From Polymyxa betae A26-41 (lineage: Eukaryota > Protista > Endomyxa: Phytomyxea): a stretch of DNA of 64,000 nt. The notes below the pieces were generated by a model. The model made no database searches. It worked only from the letters and a program-made list of their open reading frames with translations, and was not told where the DNA came from. Positions 21,618-36,171 of the stretch are shown in pieces (position 1 is the stretch's first letter; each line of letters starts with the position of its first letter). A program made the translations under genes and the position numbers. The stretch spans positions 1 to 64,000 of the forward strand of contig RBZT01000409.1 in the NCBI GenBank assembly GCA_003693705.1, given 5' to 3'.

Positions 21618-21847
21618 CGGCGCTGATGTTTCCACCCAAAACGTACTGGTTCAAGCCGGCGGACGCTGTATGCGACCAAAATCGTACTGCATGCATGCAG
21701 TCAGTTCGAGATGGGACCATGACGCGGAACTGTTGCATCCTGCAGCCAATCACAGAACGTTGGGCCAGCACCATCATCTAGGCTGCCGGGCGAGGGGCAC
21801 CGGAGGCGATGTTCAATCCAACTCTATGTAGAGATATTTATAAATAA

Positions 21848-24023
21848 TCAACTGACCGTGCAAGCGTTCAGCTTCTTGGCAATGGAGGATTGGGAATACT
21901 CCCGCCTTAAATAAACGTCTTCGCAGAGGCCCTGGTGCCTCTCCAGAATCCTCTGCAGATGCATTGAGGACAACCCGAAGAAGTTGCAGACATCGAGAGC
22001 CATTAGCTCGTGGGCGACGTCATTCGTTAGATAAGGCAAAACCCCAGATTCACCACTGTAAATATAATTCAGCAGCGCTACGAATGCCGGACCCGACAGA
22101 ACGCCATCACCGCCTGATGGGAACGTGCATACTCTCGTTTTGGCTTCTCGCATTCCTTCCAGGAACGAAAACGATCCGAAATATTTCGACCTGGCAGCCA
22201 ATATGACCTGCAATAAATAAGCCACATTGGCAGATACACCTGAAAATAGATGTAAATACCTGGTGAGCACCCAGCCTTTCCCTTTCCTTGCCGCACTGAA
22301 ACCTGATATCGAACGGGAGCGATTCTGCCTCCGCCTGAGCAAATGTCAGATGCTGCAAGCGGCCTAAGTCGCTGCACAGCGTCGAGGGTGGAATCGTGAC
22401 TTGAGAGAAGGATCTCAGATGCTGGTCATCAAGTTCATCACATTCGCCTCGATGAACAGATAGAAAGACGCTGATAAATTCGTCAAAACTCTCCAGGCCC
22501 GTTTCACTGCCGGCAATCTTGTGGAATTCTTCAGCGAGCTCGACGGTCATTCCGCGCCGAAGCCGACGCTGACATAGTGCCGCCAGCCTGGTCAGGCCCA
22601 ACGACGCCGCACAGAGCATCAATTGTAAACAGATATGAACATCATCGGCATGTGCAATATCATCACAATATAGAAACCATAATAGCCGCTCGACGATTTC
22701 GCCGGGATAATCTAAATGCAAGCGCGGATGTCTAGAATCCTCCAATAACAGACCAGCATCAAATGCAATCAAATCGGTTAAGCCAGGGCACCTCGTTCTG
22801 ACAATTAGCTGATGTGCTGAGAACACAGTCGTATCGTTCGCAACGACCTCTAAATCCGTCAGTGTTTCCGCTGACAACAGATTTGATAAATCCTCGCGCA
22901 GGGTGCATTCTCGCTCGCCTCGTTCATCTCCAGATAAATCCAACGTGATAGCATGAAGATCCCCGAACCGAATCTGGGCATCGGTGGACCCTTTTCCGCC
23001 CCAGATTAACAAATCCTTTCGAACTGGATCGAAGACACTGCCATGGAAATACCGGCCCCTGGGGATGGCCCCACCTGGGTTCATCAACTTGGTCCAAGTC
23101 CGAGCGGCGATATCTAATATGTATAGATCGGATTGGCAGGACTCCCTATCGGTACCGCCGAACACAAACGCCTTATCTCCATATATACACATCGAGTGAG
23201 CGAAACGACCGCCAGGCTTCGCTCCGGTGCAGTGCAGTTCAGTCCATTTCAACGAATCCATGTTCAGATACGACACGTCGTTGAGTTTGTAGTTGGCACG
23301 TTCAGCACCACCGAACAGAAGCATTTTGTTCTTGTCGAAGATGCCAGCGGCGTGTTTATAGCGGGCTGTGGGAGCCCCAGAATCCGACGACACCTTCCGA
23401 CACCGCTTCGATCGAATATCCAAGATAAAGAGTTCTTGGGAAAATTCTCTCCCGAACGTACCGCCGAATACGAACAGTTTGTTGTCGTAATAAACACATG
23501 TTTGACCGTATCGCGGCCCGAGAGTATCGCCTCGGAACTCGAGCTTTTTCCACACTCGGAATGTTAGATCGAATTCGTAGAAATCTGCCATGTTAGTATG
23601 GCCAAATGTCGACCCGCTTCCGCAGCAGATATACAGCTTTTGATGTTCGTGGTCAACGGTCGCCGAATGGCTTGTTCGAGCTGTTGGAGCCTGCCCGACA
23701 GGGGCGATTTCGCTCCAGACCATATGGTCCAGATCCAGAGCGTATAATCCATCCAGAGCACTGCTCTGGGCGTATCCACCGAACACATACATTACCCTGT
23801 CGTGATAGCTGGCTGTCAGGCCTGACATTGGCGGCGGCTGGTCGCCATCGAAGACGAGTTCTCGCCAGATCGAAGACGGACGCGAACGCTGGGCTTCGCG
23901 CGATTTGAAGAACGGGGACAGCGGCGAGTTGTTTCGAGGCGGCTTGGGCGATGGAGTGAAACCGGTCTGAATCAGCGGCCGCGACCGCTTCTGGTCTGGC
24001 GCCTTCTCATCGTCCAGCTCCAT
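21848..24023 (-). CDS. LZTR1: Kelch-repeat + tandem BTB/POZ protein, LZTR1-like CUL3 adaptor
   Basis: Six Kelch repeats (YVFGG, FVFGG, LLFGG, LIWGG; ARTSHS, ARYKH, GRFAHS), BTB1 (DLEVVA..FSAHQLIVRTRC), BTB2 (DIRF..AHQ|VILAARSKYF..LNYIYSG) after one intron. Confidence 0.85.
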
Positions 24024-24725
24024 AGGCCGTGGACGTCGAACGAAATGACGAAAGACAGGAGAGGCGGTCGCGCCGCTGGGGCGATGGGACCCTGTGAGAA
24101 TCACCCTTGGAGGGCTGGTGGGGTGATGGGGTGCTCCTGGGGCAGGCGTCGTTTGGTAATGAGGCAATCGGGGCGGCGCGGCCTGATCGGTCGATACGAT
24201 ACAGGCAGGCTCCAGATTGTTTTGGCGCCGATGTCGTCGTTAGACGACTCGCAGCGGCTTGACGACAGGCGAACGAGCCAGGGATAGATGGCGTACGTGG
24301 GCGCGATCAGATATTCTGTGCCGTCCGGTCGACCCGATCGTCACCGGATCATCCTCGGGCCAGGGGTTCCAGAACATCTTGTTCCTGACTGGTCTGCAAC
24401 ACCACTTTCGGCCGTCTGTTTACCTACTGTCATTTAGTCCGAATGCTTTACAGACGACCATTGTATTCGGTACAGGGTCTATGATCGGATCGTTTCGTTG
24501 TTTCCAAGATGAAAGCTTCAACATGGGAATCTCACAAACGGCCAATGTGGATTGTTAAGTTTTGCTCAGTTGCATGTTTTGAAGTTTCTCAGCAGGCGAA
24601 AATGATGTACTTTATAGCATGCCTCACAGTTGAATCATTACTTATAAGTTATAAACCAAGACTCGATATCCGAAATCTCACCAGAGAAATGTGCCGTCAT
24701 GATCCGCAATTTGTATTATCTCGTT

Positions 24726-24835
24726 CCAAGATATGGCCAATCAATACGATCACAATTTGTTCTTGATCGGGGGCACGTTCGGGCGACTATCCTCCCAAGA
24801 ACTGTTTGTATTGGATATCTGATCCAATAGAGGAC
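24726..24835 (+). pseudogene. Inverted, degenerate fragment of a Kelch repeat from the adjacent gene
   Basis: PRYGQ..YDHNLFLIGGTFGRLSSQELFVLDI*SNR versus PRYGQTCVYYDNKLFVFGGTFGREFSQELFILDIRSKR (~23400-23520). Confidence 0.75.
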
Positions 24836-24869
24836 TTCGGTGAACTCTAATTTTCACCCGTTTTGCAAA

Positions 24870-25150
24870 ACGGGAAATCATGGAGTCGTTCGCCGCCGGC
24901 TGAGAGATGGTATGAGACTGTCCTCGATCAACAGCGGCGACCGTTTCTTGGTGTGCCGCCTCCTCATTGTCCAGCTCCTTAGGCCTCAGATGGCGAATTA
25001 AATGTTGAAATGTTGGAGAGACTGTCGTGCCGTGCCGCTAGGGCGTTGTTGAGATGATTATCGTCCAGGCCAGATTTGAGCGGTAAGAAACACAAGCTTT
25101 TATAGTTTAAACGGACCATCAGACCTGCACCGGCTTGACGACGACGGAAC
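24870..25150 (-). pseudogene. Degenerate duplicate of the 5' end and upstream region of the Kelch-BTB gene
   Basis: gcgaccgtttcttggtgtgccgcctcctcattgtccagctccttaggcc aligns with gcgaccgcttctggtctggcgccttctcatcgtccagctccataggcc (23981-24028). The start codon is mutated ATG>AAG. cggcttgacgac is also shared. Confidence 0.75.
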
Positions 25151-25691
25151 AGATGAGAAACACCGAAATAGACATGCTGGAAAGTATGGTTTTATAGTTA
25201 CGGATTCGTTTCTGAGCATTCGACTGAAAAGCGTTCTGTAATCGTAAAAAATCCTCAACGAATGGTTATGGTTGATAGATTCGAATATTTCAATAATATT
25301 TGCTTCAAAGACTTACTAACTGAGACAGAGGCAACGGCCGTTTTACAAGTTTCAATTACCCCGTAGCTTCCAAAATCAAGCCACGCTTGACGCTAGCAGA
25401 GTACCATCAGCAGGACGCGATTCCATCCATTCTGATTACTGCATTCGTTCCTACTGGGGTTGACAGCAGCAAAAGATTCTATCAGCATTACGATAGCTTC
25501 AACGCTCGAGAGTGAATTTCCCGGACAAATGGTGCGCTTGCGCGAAGCCTCACTCTGTGACGGACATCGAGAGGTTTCCTGCGTTATGTTGAATAGGTTG
25601 CATTGGACTGCGAGATTCATGACTTCCTCTTAGACTTTTCCATTCCTTTCGCAATTGTATCTAATCCTCTCTCAATCTTATACAAGCTGCG

Positions 25692-26777
25692 ATGCAGAAG
25701 GGCCAAGTCGATGGCGATCCCAGCACGGAGCCGTCCAGGCACTGTGCCATGTGCCTGAAGAAACTGCATGCAGTACGACTGTGCGGCGGCTGTCATCGTC
25801 GCTCCTATTGCAGCAACGAATGCCAAAATACGCGATTGGAAGTCGACAGGCCAATCCCACCGAATCTGGTGCAAGCTGGATTGTGGCGAGGAAGGCCTGG
25901 ATTGGTGTGTCGGCCCTGTCGCTGGTAAAGGACTCGGTGTGATCGCCCTTCGACGCATTCCAGCACGATACCGAATCATGGTTGATGGGGTTCGAGAATA
26001 CAGCGATCCGTCGTTCAAGACCTTGAGCCAAAGAACGGGACCATTGTTCAGAAAATCAATTTAAATCAGTTTCCCGGGCATGTTATATACGCCCGTCTGT
26101 CTCGAGTTAATCACAGCTGCCTGGCGAATGCTGATTGTTTCGATTATACACTTCACAAGGTCATGATTTTGTTCTCAAACCGAGTGATTGAGCCCGGTGA
26201 AGAGATCTGTTTCGCGTACAAAACATTCAGTAATCCGGAAGAGTATCTATCCCCAGAAGTAGCTCGGACGAAATTGCAGAATTCATGGAGCATAGTTTGC
26301 CCTCCAAATTGCTTCTGTTATAAAAAGGGCATTAGCGAATTGGGCATGAAAAGTCAAGAACTCGATCGATATCTTAAAGAGAACACGATGTATCCGGTAC
26401 AGGCTGTGGCGGCTTCTGAACAGCTGTTAAGTTTACTTGACGATCTGAATTCATCATATCTTGTCAGGGAGTCGATTCTGTACAACGGGTTCCTGGTGGG
26501 CATGGTTTCTAGAAAGACTTCTAAGAGAGCGTTGGGCTTTTTGAAAGAATCAGTGGAGATAATGGCCGATATCATAGAGCCAACTGCCCCTTTACTTCTC
26601 GAGCGACGCCGTTGGCTAAAAGATCCGACCGAATATGAGGATTATTTGATGTTGGACTATGTGGCCAACATAGACCGCTTCAACCTGGACAGGAGCTGTA
26701 TGGCCAGAGTCCGAGATAAATGGAAAGATATTGACTTCACGCCAGCAGAGTTAACCCATCTTCGATATGATGAATAA
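25692..26777 (+). pseudogene. MYND zinc finger + SET domain protein (SMYD-like), intronless, with two frameshifts
   Basis: MYND CAMC..CGGC..YCSNECQ | RDWK..HRIWC. SET motifs GKGLGVIA, SRVNHSC..NA, I.PGEEICFAY and a post-SET CPPNCFC. An extra A near 25826 and a missing base near 26009 break the frame. Confidence 0.75.
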
Positions 26778-26941
26778 ACTAACACGTTTGTTCTTTCCGA
26801 ATTGAACGTAGTCCGTTTCACTCTGGAGCAGTCTTTAAACGTTCATAGAAACGTCAAAAGCCTATATAGTTCATTCCACAAGGTTTTCGCTTCTGGAGTT
26901 TTGGGACTGGCCTATGGGCTTTTATACCTTGTTACATATCA

Positions 26942-26960
26942 AGGGTTTAGGGTTAGGGGA
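26942..26960 (+). repeat. Interstitial telomere-like tract
   Basis: agggtttagggttagggg. Confidence 0.65.
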
Positions 26961-27312
26961 TGAGCCATGACTTGAAAAACAATTATGTTGAAGATGGGCA
27001 ATATATCAGTTGATCCCGTAATATTCTATTCAGTTAATACCATTTTCAAGTATAACAAAATAATCCATGGTAGAATGTCATTGTAATATTCAGTTTACTG
27101 GATCGCTGATGTCATAGATCAATCAACAGGAGTTCTAAACAAATCGTCGATACGGCAAACATAAAGTTGTGAAATTTCTCGATCTCATCTTTAGCGCGAA
27201 GAGCTGACCCTGTCTGCACAACGATGTAGTAAACAAATTGGCACTTTCTGTAAGCGATTTTTCAGTGACGAGATTGTGATGCTGGGTGAATGGTGCGCAG
27301 TGTATCTGCGCC

Positions 27313-29033
27313 ATGAGCGACGATGGCTCCGACGTCGGCTGCCTGATCCGCGAGCTGGAAGGCGCCCTCCGCTGTGCAGGATGGTACCCGACAATCGTCA
27401 GCCGCTCGCTCAACTGAACACGCCTGTAGCGTTCAGGTCACCAACGAGTCGTTCTCGTCATCGGTTTGCCAGCATACGTTCTGCGGGTAATGCTGGCCCC
27501 CGGAGTCGCCAATGGATCAGAATTGATGAAACCAGCCTAGGTCGTGCGTGGAATCGGTTTTGTCGTTATCGCCATCGCAGTGCCCAACCTGTAGCGTCCC
27601 GATCTGGCGACACAACATTCGATTCAATCCGATCATCGCCAACATCGTCAAGCAGATTGCCGATCTCGTCCAGCAAGTCTCCGACAATCCAACGCCGACG
27701 AAGGATTGTCAGGTTCAGCTGGATGGCGATCCAAATGTGATCCCGGAAGTAGATCATCGAGAGCCGTTAAAATCACCCCCAAACGATGTCGGTTTGGATA
27801 GCGAGCCGGAGGTGCCTTAATGGTATCAATTATCGTTTTAATGCTGAGATGAATGTAGACGGTTGTTGGCGATGACGATGGCGAACGGGAGAGGGTTGTG
27901 GCCAGCTTGTTAGAGCACGACAATCTTGATGTTTCTCCGGCATTGATCGCAGAGCCGTCGCCGTCATGGCAGCCACCGCCGACCTCATTGACGGCCATGC
28001 AAGAAGACCATCAAAAATTAATGGGATCGTATGCTGAGATGAATCTCAGCGCCATTCTCACTAATTTCGACCAAACTGTCCGATCGCTGCAACACCGATT
28101 AACCTTTTATCAATGTCGATATTGTAGAACCCAGACGATGCCAAGTTCGATACCAATCTTAGCCCAGCTTGCTTCTCGCCAACACAAGCTGAGAAACCGA
28201 AGGCCTTTGTCTTTCAAACATCCGGCTTGATGACGCAGGTCCAAATCTGAATTCGGCTCGATCTGGCTTATTTAATGATCATTTTGGTCTTAGAAGAAAG
28301 ATGTTCATGACAGATTACTGACTTTGGGGGCTTCAGCCGCCAATTGTATCTCCGATTGCACACATTTGATCGTGGCTGTCGATGAAGGCAATCGATGTCA
28401 ACGAACATTGAAATATGTCACTGCTCTTCTTCGAGGAATTTGGATCATCTCTGAAAAATGTAAACAGCGAACTTGATGAACTCTTCATAACGTTTTATGC
28501 TGAAATTTTCCTAACTGGCATTGGACTGTTTGCAGGGGTTGAGCGGTCATACGAAGAAGGTCGATGGGTGGACGAAAGCGATTACGAAGTGATGGGCGAC
28601 GCCTCTGTGCTGAACGTGATTAACGCACCACAGCGATCGCGGGTCAAGATTCCGTTTAACAATCGTGTTTTACAAAGCGTTGATCCTTATCATCAGATGT
28701 GTCGTATTCCTGTATTTGCCGGCTGCGTTATCGCGCTCGATGAAGGGTCCGAAATGCCTGATCTGGCCCCTCTGATCTGTCTTGGTGACGGTACAGTTGT
28801 CCAGCCTGAGCACCATTCGGGCGATGGCGACGTATTATTGATTTGCGAACATGAGCTCTCGACGAGAAGGTGCAGCAAATCACGATGCCGTATTCTTTTG
28901 CTAATCGGTGATTCTCAGGGCGAATCAGCTCGCCAAGCATTACGGTGTTATTCCAATATCAATGGCCTGGGTCTTCGATTGCTGTAGTCGTCTAGAGCAG
29001 ATCCCATGGCAATCATATCGCCTTGATCTATGA
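27313..29033 (+). CDS. RING finger + tandem BRCT protein (BARD1/BRCA1-like)
   Basis: Spliced C3HC4 RING (LRCAGC..CQHTFCGSC..CPTC..IANIV), BRCT1 (CTHLIV..RCQRTLKY..ALLRGIWII..WV..S), linker APQRSR..PVFAG, BRCT2 (WVFDCCS). No ankyrin repeats seen. Confidence 0.8.
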
Positions 29034-29201
29034 GAGACGCAAACCTGTGATGTCATCACACAAACTTACTGAGCATCATTAATTCAGAAATGCAGCGGAA
29101 AGCAAGCAACATTATGGCGATGCACACGTAAATATTAATAAATTTATTAGGTTGACGACTGCTGGTAGATTAAGGCAAGCGTAAGATAGGACAATGTCGA
29201 T

Positions 29202-31353
29202 TCAACGCCTATAACGAATCCGGCGGAAGTTGAAATACAGATGTAGAATGCCACGCTCAAATTTGCAACGGAACCCATGACGCTGAGAACTCTCCCAAGG
29301 TTTGTTCACGATCTTGAAGGCGATGTCCTGATATGGGGGGCCCGCAGAAAACCGCAGAATGCAGAAATTCGGATCGTCGGGAATCTGAAATTATATTTCA
29401 GATAAAACAATCGACTAGCTGAAAATGCAATGCGGGACATCTCAAAAAACATCATCGCAAAAAAATACAACGGGCATTGTGAGGGAATGTTGCAGCATAC
29501 CTTTTCCTTGCGGAAAGTGGGCGGTACGGTAGAATCCAGTAGATCGGGATAGAAAAGATTAAATTTGTAGCCCTGGACAACTTTGGGAGGCGGATTATCG
29601 CGATCATAGTGAGTCTGGTTGTACTTGCTCCATTCAAAGCCGGATTTGACACAGTTGAAGAACATCGGCTTGCGCGGTTTGTACTTATCCGCCCAGATGA
29701 GTTTTTCGTCGGGCAATTGCACAACGTCGCCGAATGCCTCCTCGTCTTCGCCCATCTCACCATTCGCCAACAGCTCCATCCGCGAAGTCTAAGCTGTGTG
29801 AAAAAACTGCATTTATGAGGACGGTTTTTGCTTACCGATTCTTGCTGGGCAGGAGTATTGAACGGTTGATGAGCAGGAGCGAGAGCAGCCTGATCATCAA
29901 GCATTTGGCGTTGAGATAACTCCAAGATAACGGCGTCCTGATCGAGCACGGTTGCGGCACGATCGCCGTCAGCACTCCGAGAAAGAACGGCGTCGGCATC
30001 TTCGATCTTGATTTTTTTAGACGGGAGCATTTGATGTGATTCAGTCGCTAAATATTTCGATTTCAAACGCAGCAGATTAGCGTAGAATTCGCGAAGGAAG
30101 GCGTGTGTTATCGCAGCGTCCATCATGGCAAGCAGCGATTGCCAATAATCAACGTCTACGACCACATCTTGTTCATCATCAACGCCGCTCACTTTACGAA
30201 TCGCCGTCTCCTTCAGCTGGCGTAATTCTTCGGAGGTCTTTGTTAGGAACATGGTTTCGAGATCGGCTCGGACAGGATCCACCATAGAGGGCATCCCCGA
30301 CGATGCCGACGTCAACGCGTCATTGCAGACGACCTCTAAAGCAGTCCAGTATTCGACATTCGCGTTCAAATCAATTTGTTCCTGAATGTCTTTTCGTAAT
30401 TGTTGCAATTGCGATACACCAAGCCCTCTAAACACGACAGCTGGTTCTATCAAATCGAATATAACGTCTAGCAGCCGTTAGAAGGACTATAAAGGCGGCC
30501 CTGAGTTTGTTACCGTCAAAATCATCCAAAGAATCAGAATGGCCGGAGGCCTTCGCTTTGATTTCTTCATAATCCAGAATAAGCAGATTATTAGCGAGCA
30601 GGTCGAACGGTGTCGCCCGGTTCTCTTTAATGCGTTTTGTGACACGAATGCGATTCTGAATATAATGCCATTAGCGTTTGGATTTCAGACTCACAATGAG
30701 TAAACCTGCTCTCGGTGAAATTCCTCTTCTTTTTGATCCCAATTGGCGTTAATCTCCTTCTCCATTTCCCGAGACATAATCGCCTTCATCTCCTCCATCT
30801 GTTCTTTCTCAATTTCGCGCTCTTCCTTTCGCGACTTAATGCGCTGAATTTCATCGCGTAACTCCAACTGCCTCCTATTTCGCTTTAAGAGCTCAACAAT
30901 AAGCCGCTCTATCGAATTCACCTTTTCAACTTTTTCTCAACTTTCTTCAGCGATGATTTACTACCTGAAATCAATCCGGTTAGCAATAATAACATTGAAA
31001 CAATACCAATAGGAGAGGAAACTCAGCAGATATAAAATTTTAAATGATGACGTCAGGGTTGAGCTCAGAAAATGAAGTGAGAAGACATACCAGAGCCAAG
31101 CTCTTTCTTATGCTTCTTATTCCATACGAAAACGTTTGATAATGAGCGATCTCCAAACGGATTGGATTCATTGGTATAACCGAACAGCGATTCGTCTTTC
31201 AAATTCTGTTTCTCGAGCCGCTTTTGACGGCGCCGCTCCTCTCTATCTAACTAATCTTAGCTGATCTCGTCGCGATCCACAATCAGTCGCCGTACCCAAT
31301 GAGCGGCGGCGATCGGCATCACGCTGGTCTCGGTTAGGTGATCGCTTGCTCAT
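29202..31353 (-). CDS. CACTIN: Cactin, spliceosome C-complex factor
   Basis: FGYTNESNPFGDRSLS..FVWNKK, WDQKEEEFH..Q..RIKENRATPFD, WADKYKPRKP.FFN.VKSGFEWSKYNQTHYD.DNPPPKVVQGYKFNLFYPDL, GPPYQDIAFKIV, LYFNFRRIRYRR*. Confidence 0.95.
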
Positions 31354-32019
31354 TGAAACAGCGACCGAAGAATATCGAAAAAATTGCGACAGCTGAGCAA
31401 TAAAATACGCCATTCTTGGGGCCTCTTTTCGGAAATTGCGCACGATTTCCAGTTGCGCACTTCTTTGAGTGAGTTAAATTCTGAAATTAAATGAGCAGAG
31501 CCATTTGTGAAAAACCGCAATCGGCTTCAAAGTGACATGAAGTCGTGAATTTGATAACATTGGGGACTCGCGTTCATGGACCTTAATGGCTGGAGTGGGA
31601 GGTAGTAACTGTTGGTTTTTCCACGTTAGCCCCGTTTGCCATAACACCGAAGGTTCCGGAAAGCCATTATGGATCCTGTCTCCCGCCGACCTTCGTGTGA
31701 AGCCAGGCAAACACAATTCCAGATCCCGAACTCAGCGGAGACAGAGCGATTCCCTTTACCAGAAGAGATTTTTTCCGATGTTCTGTCATGAAGCTCTGAA
31801 CGGTTTGCTGCTTGTTGTGTACTCAATGTGATATCGATAGCGAGCTTCACTGAGCTTGCCACTAGAGTACCTGTCAAAAGTCAGAGCATATTTTCGCAGG
31901 CCCTTGAATGATCTTGCTGCTTCATATTGACTGTTTGTGACTCTGTATCTGCATATTTCAACCTTCGCAAGCAAGGATCTGTTGGTTTACGTCAATCCGG
32001 AGCATCGCAGATAAAATTC

Positions 32020-32310
32020 TTGTTGCACTCAATTTGGGTGATTTGGCTGGTGAATCTGGGACTTCTGCATGGTCAGGTCCCGTATAGCTAACTAAGCTGT
32101 CTTGTTAGCCCTTTAGGCTGTAGATGCAACGATTCTCATGTCATTGGATTGCACCAGACGACGTTAGTACCTTTTTATGCAACTCATCAACAATCGATTT
32201 ATTTTTGTCCAATAACGGTGACTGCGATATTTTAGTCAACTGTTGGTATCGGAATCGAAGCGATCACTGTTCTGCTTTGCCCACAATTGATCTTAATGCC
32301 CTGAAGTGCA
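32020..32310 (+). mobile_element. Possible relic of a non-LTR retrotransposon apurinic-like endonuclease domain
   Basis: STF...SSTIDLFLSN...SDHC matches the EEP C-terminal (P)TF..S.ID...SDH motifs; an upstream LGDL resembles GDFN; interrupted by stops. Confidence 0.4.
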
Positions 32311-32893
32311 GAGTCAGTATTTCACCGATTGGACTTTTGCCCTGACAAGTGGACTGGCTGCTCTGTTGCCAGATAAAGTCATGAGGATGATAAAAATATC
32401 TTGCTCTGCTAGGAGAAGTGACCAAGAAGTCAATGAGATGAAGGCGACCGAAACGAAGAACATTGATGAGAAAATTCTAATTTTGTATTGTAAGATCGCG
32501 AAATAGCCGCTTTAAAGGAATGCATAATTAGGATAATATGTGTTGTCAAGCCATTGAATCGCTGCTCAGGATACGTATCCTGCAACGCAAGCACTTTCCT
32601 CAATTTAATCACAGACTGCGATCTCCTGATGGGCAAACCGTCATACATATATGCAGCTGCAAGCAACCTTGATTAGATGTGTGAATCAGATAGACTGTGG
32701 AACAATCCTGCATGTCGCAGCTGCTGCCTGCGGCTAGATCCCATTCCCCCCTCCGCACTTTCTGTAGAGGACAGTGGACTGTGGATACACGATATGTCGG
32801 AGACTTACGCATTAAGGAGGGCAATCGGTCGTTCTGCCACCCTATCTCTCATTGATCCATTTGCTTACTTTGTTCCGTGTCGTCAGACTCTAA

Positions 32894-34195
<1,302 letters not shown>

Positions 34196-34274
34196 AGAAT
34201 CCCTGCCAATACTTATTGATCGAATAAACTCTAACAAATAGATATGCAGATTTAAACAAAAAATATTATCTAGA

Positions 34275-36171
34275 TTATAACGTAGCTTTAAATAGAGATG
34301 GCGGCTGCGGTGTCGAGACATTTTCCACTTCCATGGAAGAGGGAGCAGAGCTTGTGGCAGTAGTATTGCTTCTAGAAACCGGCGCTTTCGAAGCGATGAC
34401 TTTTTTGACGGGCGCCCCACTCGGTGCAGGTTTCTTCTTCGATTTTGACTTCGAGCTCGGAGTTATACCTGCTGCTTTCTGTGCTGCCTGCAGGTCTTGT
34501 TTCAGTTGCAGTGTATCCTGCTCCTTGCGAGCCACGTATCGTTGAAGATTAAATAATGTCAAGTAATCTTGTCGGAGACGATCATACATGTCACCTATGC
34601 GAAATGTTATCAAATGGAATCAATGCAACAAGCAATATTCTTTATAAAACGATCATTCACAACAGGAAATCCAAACAACTTACAGACGACCGCAGTCGGG
34701 GTTGGTAAATGCTGAACAGTAAGCCCGGCCTCTTCCAGCTCCGTTTCCAATTGCTTTTGTAGTCTTTGGTTAACAAGAGTGGGCACAGATAAAAGTTGCT
34801 GATGTCGTAAATAGACACCTGAAGGACGGTTTGGAAAAGCGTTTCCTATGACAACATGATCTGGCAAGCCTGAAAACGGATTCTGGCGCTGTTCTTCTTC
34901 CGTAGGAGGCTGATCTACAATTTAGAGTTTTTCAGAACTTGGAGATAAGCTTAGCTTACTCGAGTGCTGCGCCTTTTTACAACACCTTCCGTAATAGCAT
35001 TGCTCATCTTAGTGATGGCTTTTTGAACCTTGACTAGACGTCTGGCTTCACTTAGCTCCTGCTTGCGGCCCCTGATTGTCTGTTCTATTTTGAAATTTTC
35101 TAAGACCAGTTGAGCGACTTCTTTCTCTTCTTCTTGAGTTCTCTTCAGCAGTAATTCAAGTTGCGCTGGGAAAATAATTAGCAACATTAACATTGCGAGA
35201 ATAATACAGGACGCAGGCATAAACAAGATGAAAAAATAGCATAGCCATGAATTTTAGCAACTGAAATTTACCTCTGCGCAATCGTTCTTGGGAGTCGTCG
35301 TAAGGCTCCATTATTGATGGATTCTCCTCATGATCCAAATTTCTCGATCTTGTCAATGTCATTTGGATTTCATAAAACCCTGTAGAGCAATGTTAAATCA
35401 TGCATGGACTCATAGCAGCAATACTTTGCTTGACTTGTTCAACAGTTCTGGATGGCTGTATGCGGTCCGCAATAATGACAAACCGCCTATCGAATTGCTG
35501 TACCAAGTCCAGCAGCTGATCTGTTTGATCCTTTGTCCAGGATTCGCTTGTGCAAAGGTTCTCGTATTCGTCATCAGTATACCTGAATTTATGATGAAAA
35601 AAAACGTTGAAAAAGGAAAAAACTGTGACCTAAGAGCAGCAATTGTCTGGCTAATAGAAGACGGCTTGGCTGAGCTTGTACTCCGATGCCACCGTTTAAC
35701 GCACCCTTTGTTGGCTCGGTACCAATGGCTGACATGACCAGTACCAAGCCTGATGTCGTAGCATGGAGCAACAGAGACTGTTTTCATGGTGAGAATGGAT
35801 GACAGCAAAGGTGCCGAAAACAATGAATAAACTGCCAAGCGAGATGAAATCATCAAATAACGAAGAAGTTCGGAAATGGAAACAATGTTGCAATTCTGAA
35901 GTATTTAGGACATAGCGGATATCCAAAGCGATTTAAAAACAAGAGATCGCAACCAAACGAAAAACAAATGGCTAATTAGACCTGTTGTGAATGAAGATCG
36001 AGGTCTCCGACCTAAGCCGCTGGAGATAGATTGAGCTCGGCTGCGCTTGCGCCGGTTCTTTTTCGGGACAGAGACGGCGGTCACATCAGGCTCGCGGTTA
36101 ACGTCGGTTAGATCGATTTGGACCGTTGCTGGAGGTCCGTCTTTTTCCAGCATAGCCACCTCTGGTGACAT
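34275..36171 (-). CDS. DMAP1: DMAP1/SWC4 (NuA4/SWR1 SANT-domain subunit)
   Basis: YTDDEYENLC..SWTKDQTDQLLDLVQQFDRRFVIIADR..RTVEQVKQR, YDDSQERLRR.QLELLLKRT.EEE.E, GVYLR, PT.VVC..YD.LRQ. Confidence 0.88.

Noticed and set aside
22107-24167. 686-aa ORF as the full Kelch-BTB protein
   Set aside because: Non-ATG start and a tail that reads through an intron; the likely CDS is 24023-21848 spliced
31474-31974. Short ORFs upstream of cactin
   Set aside because: No motifs and no consistent splice model
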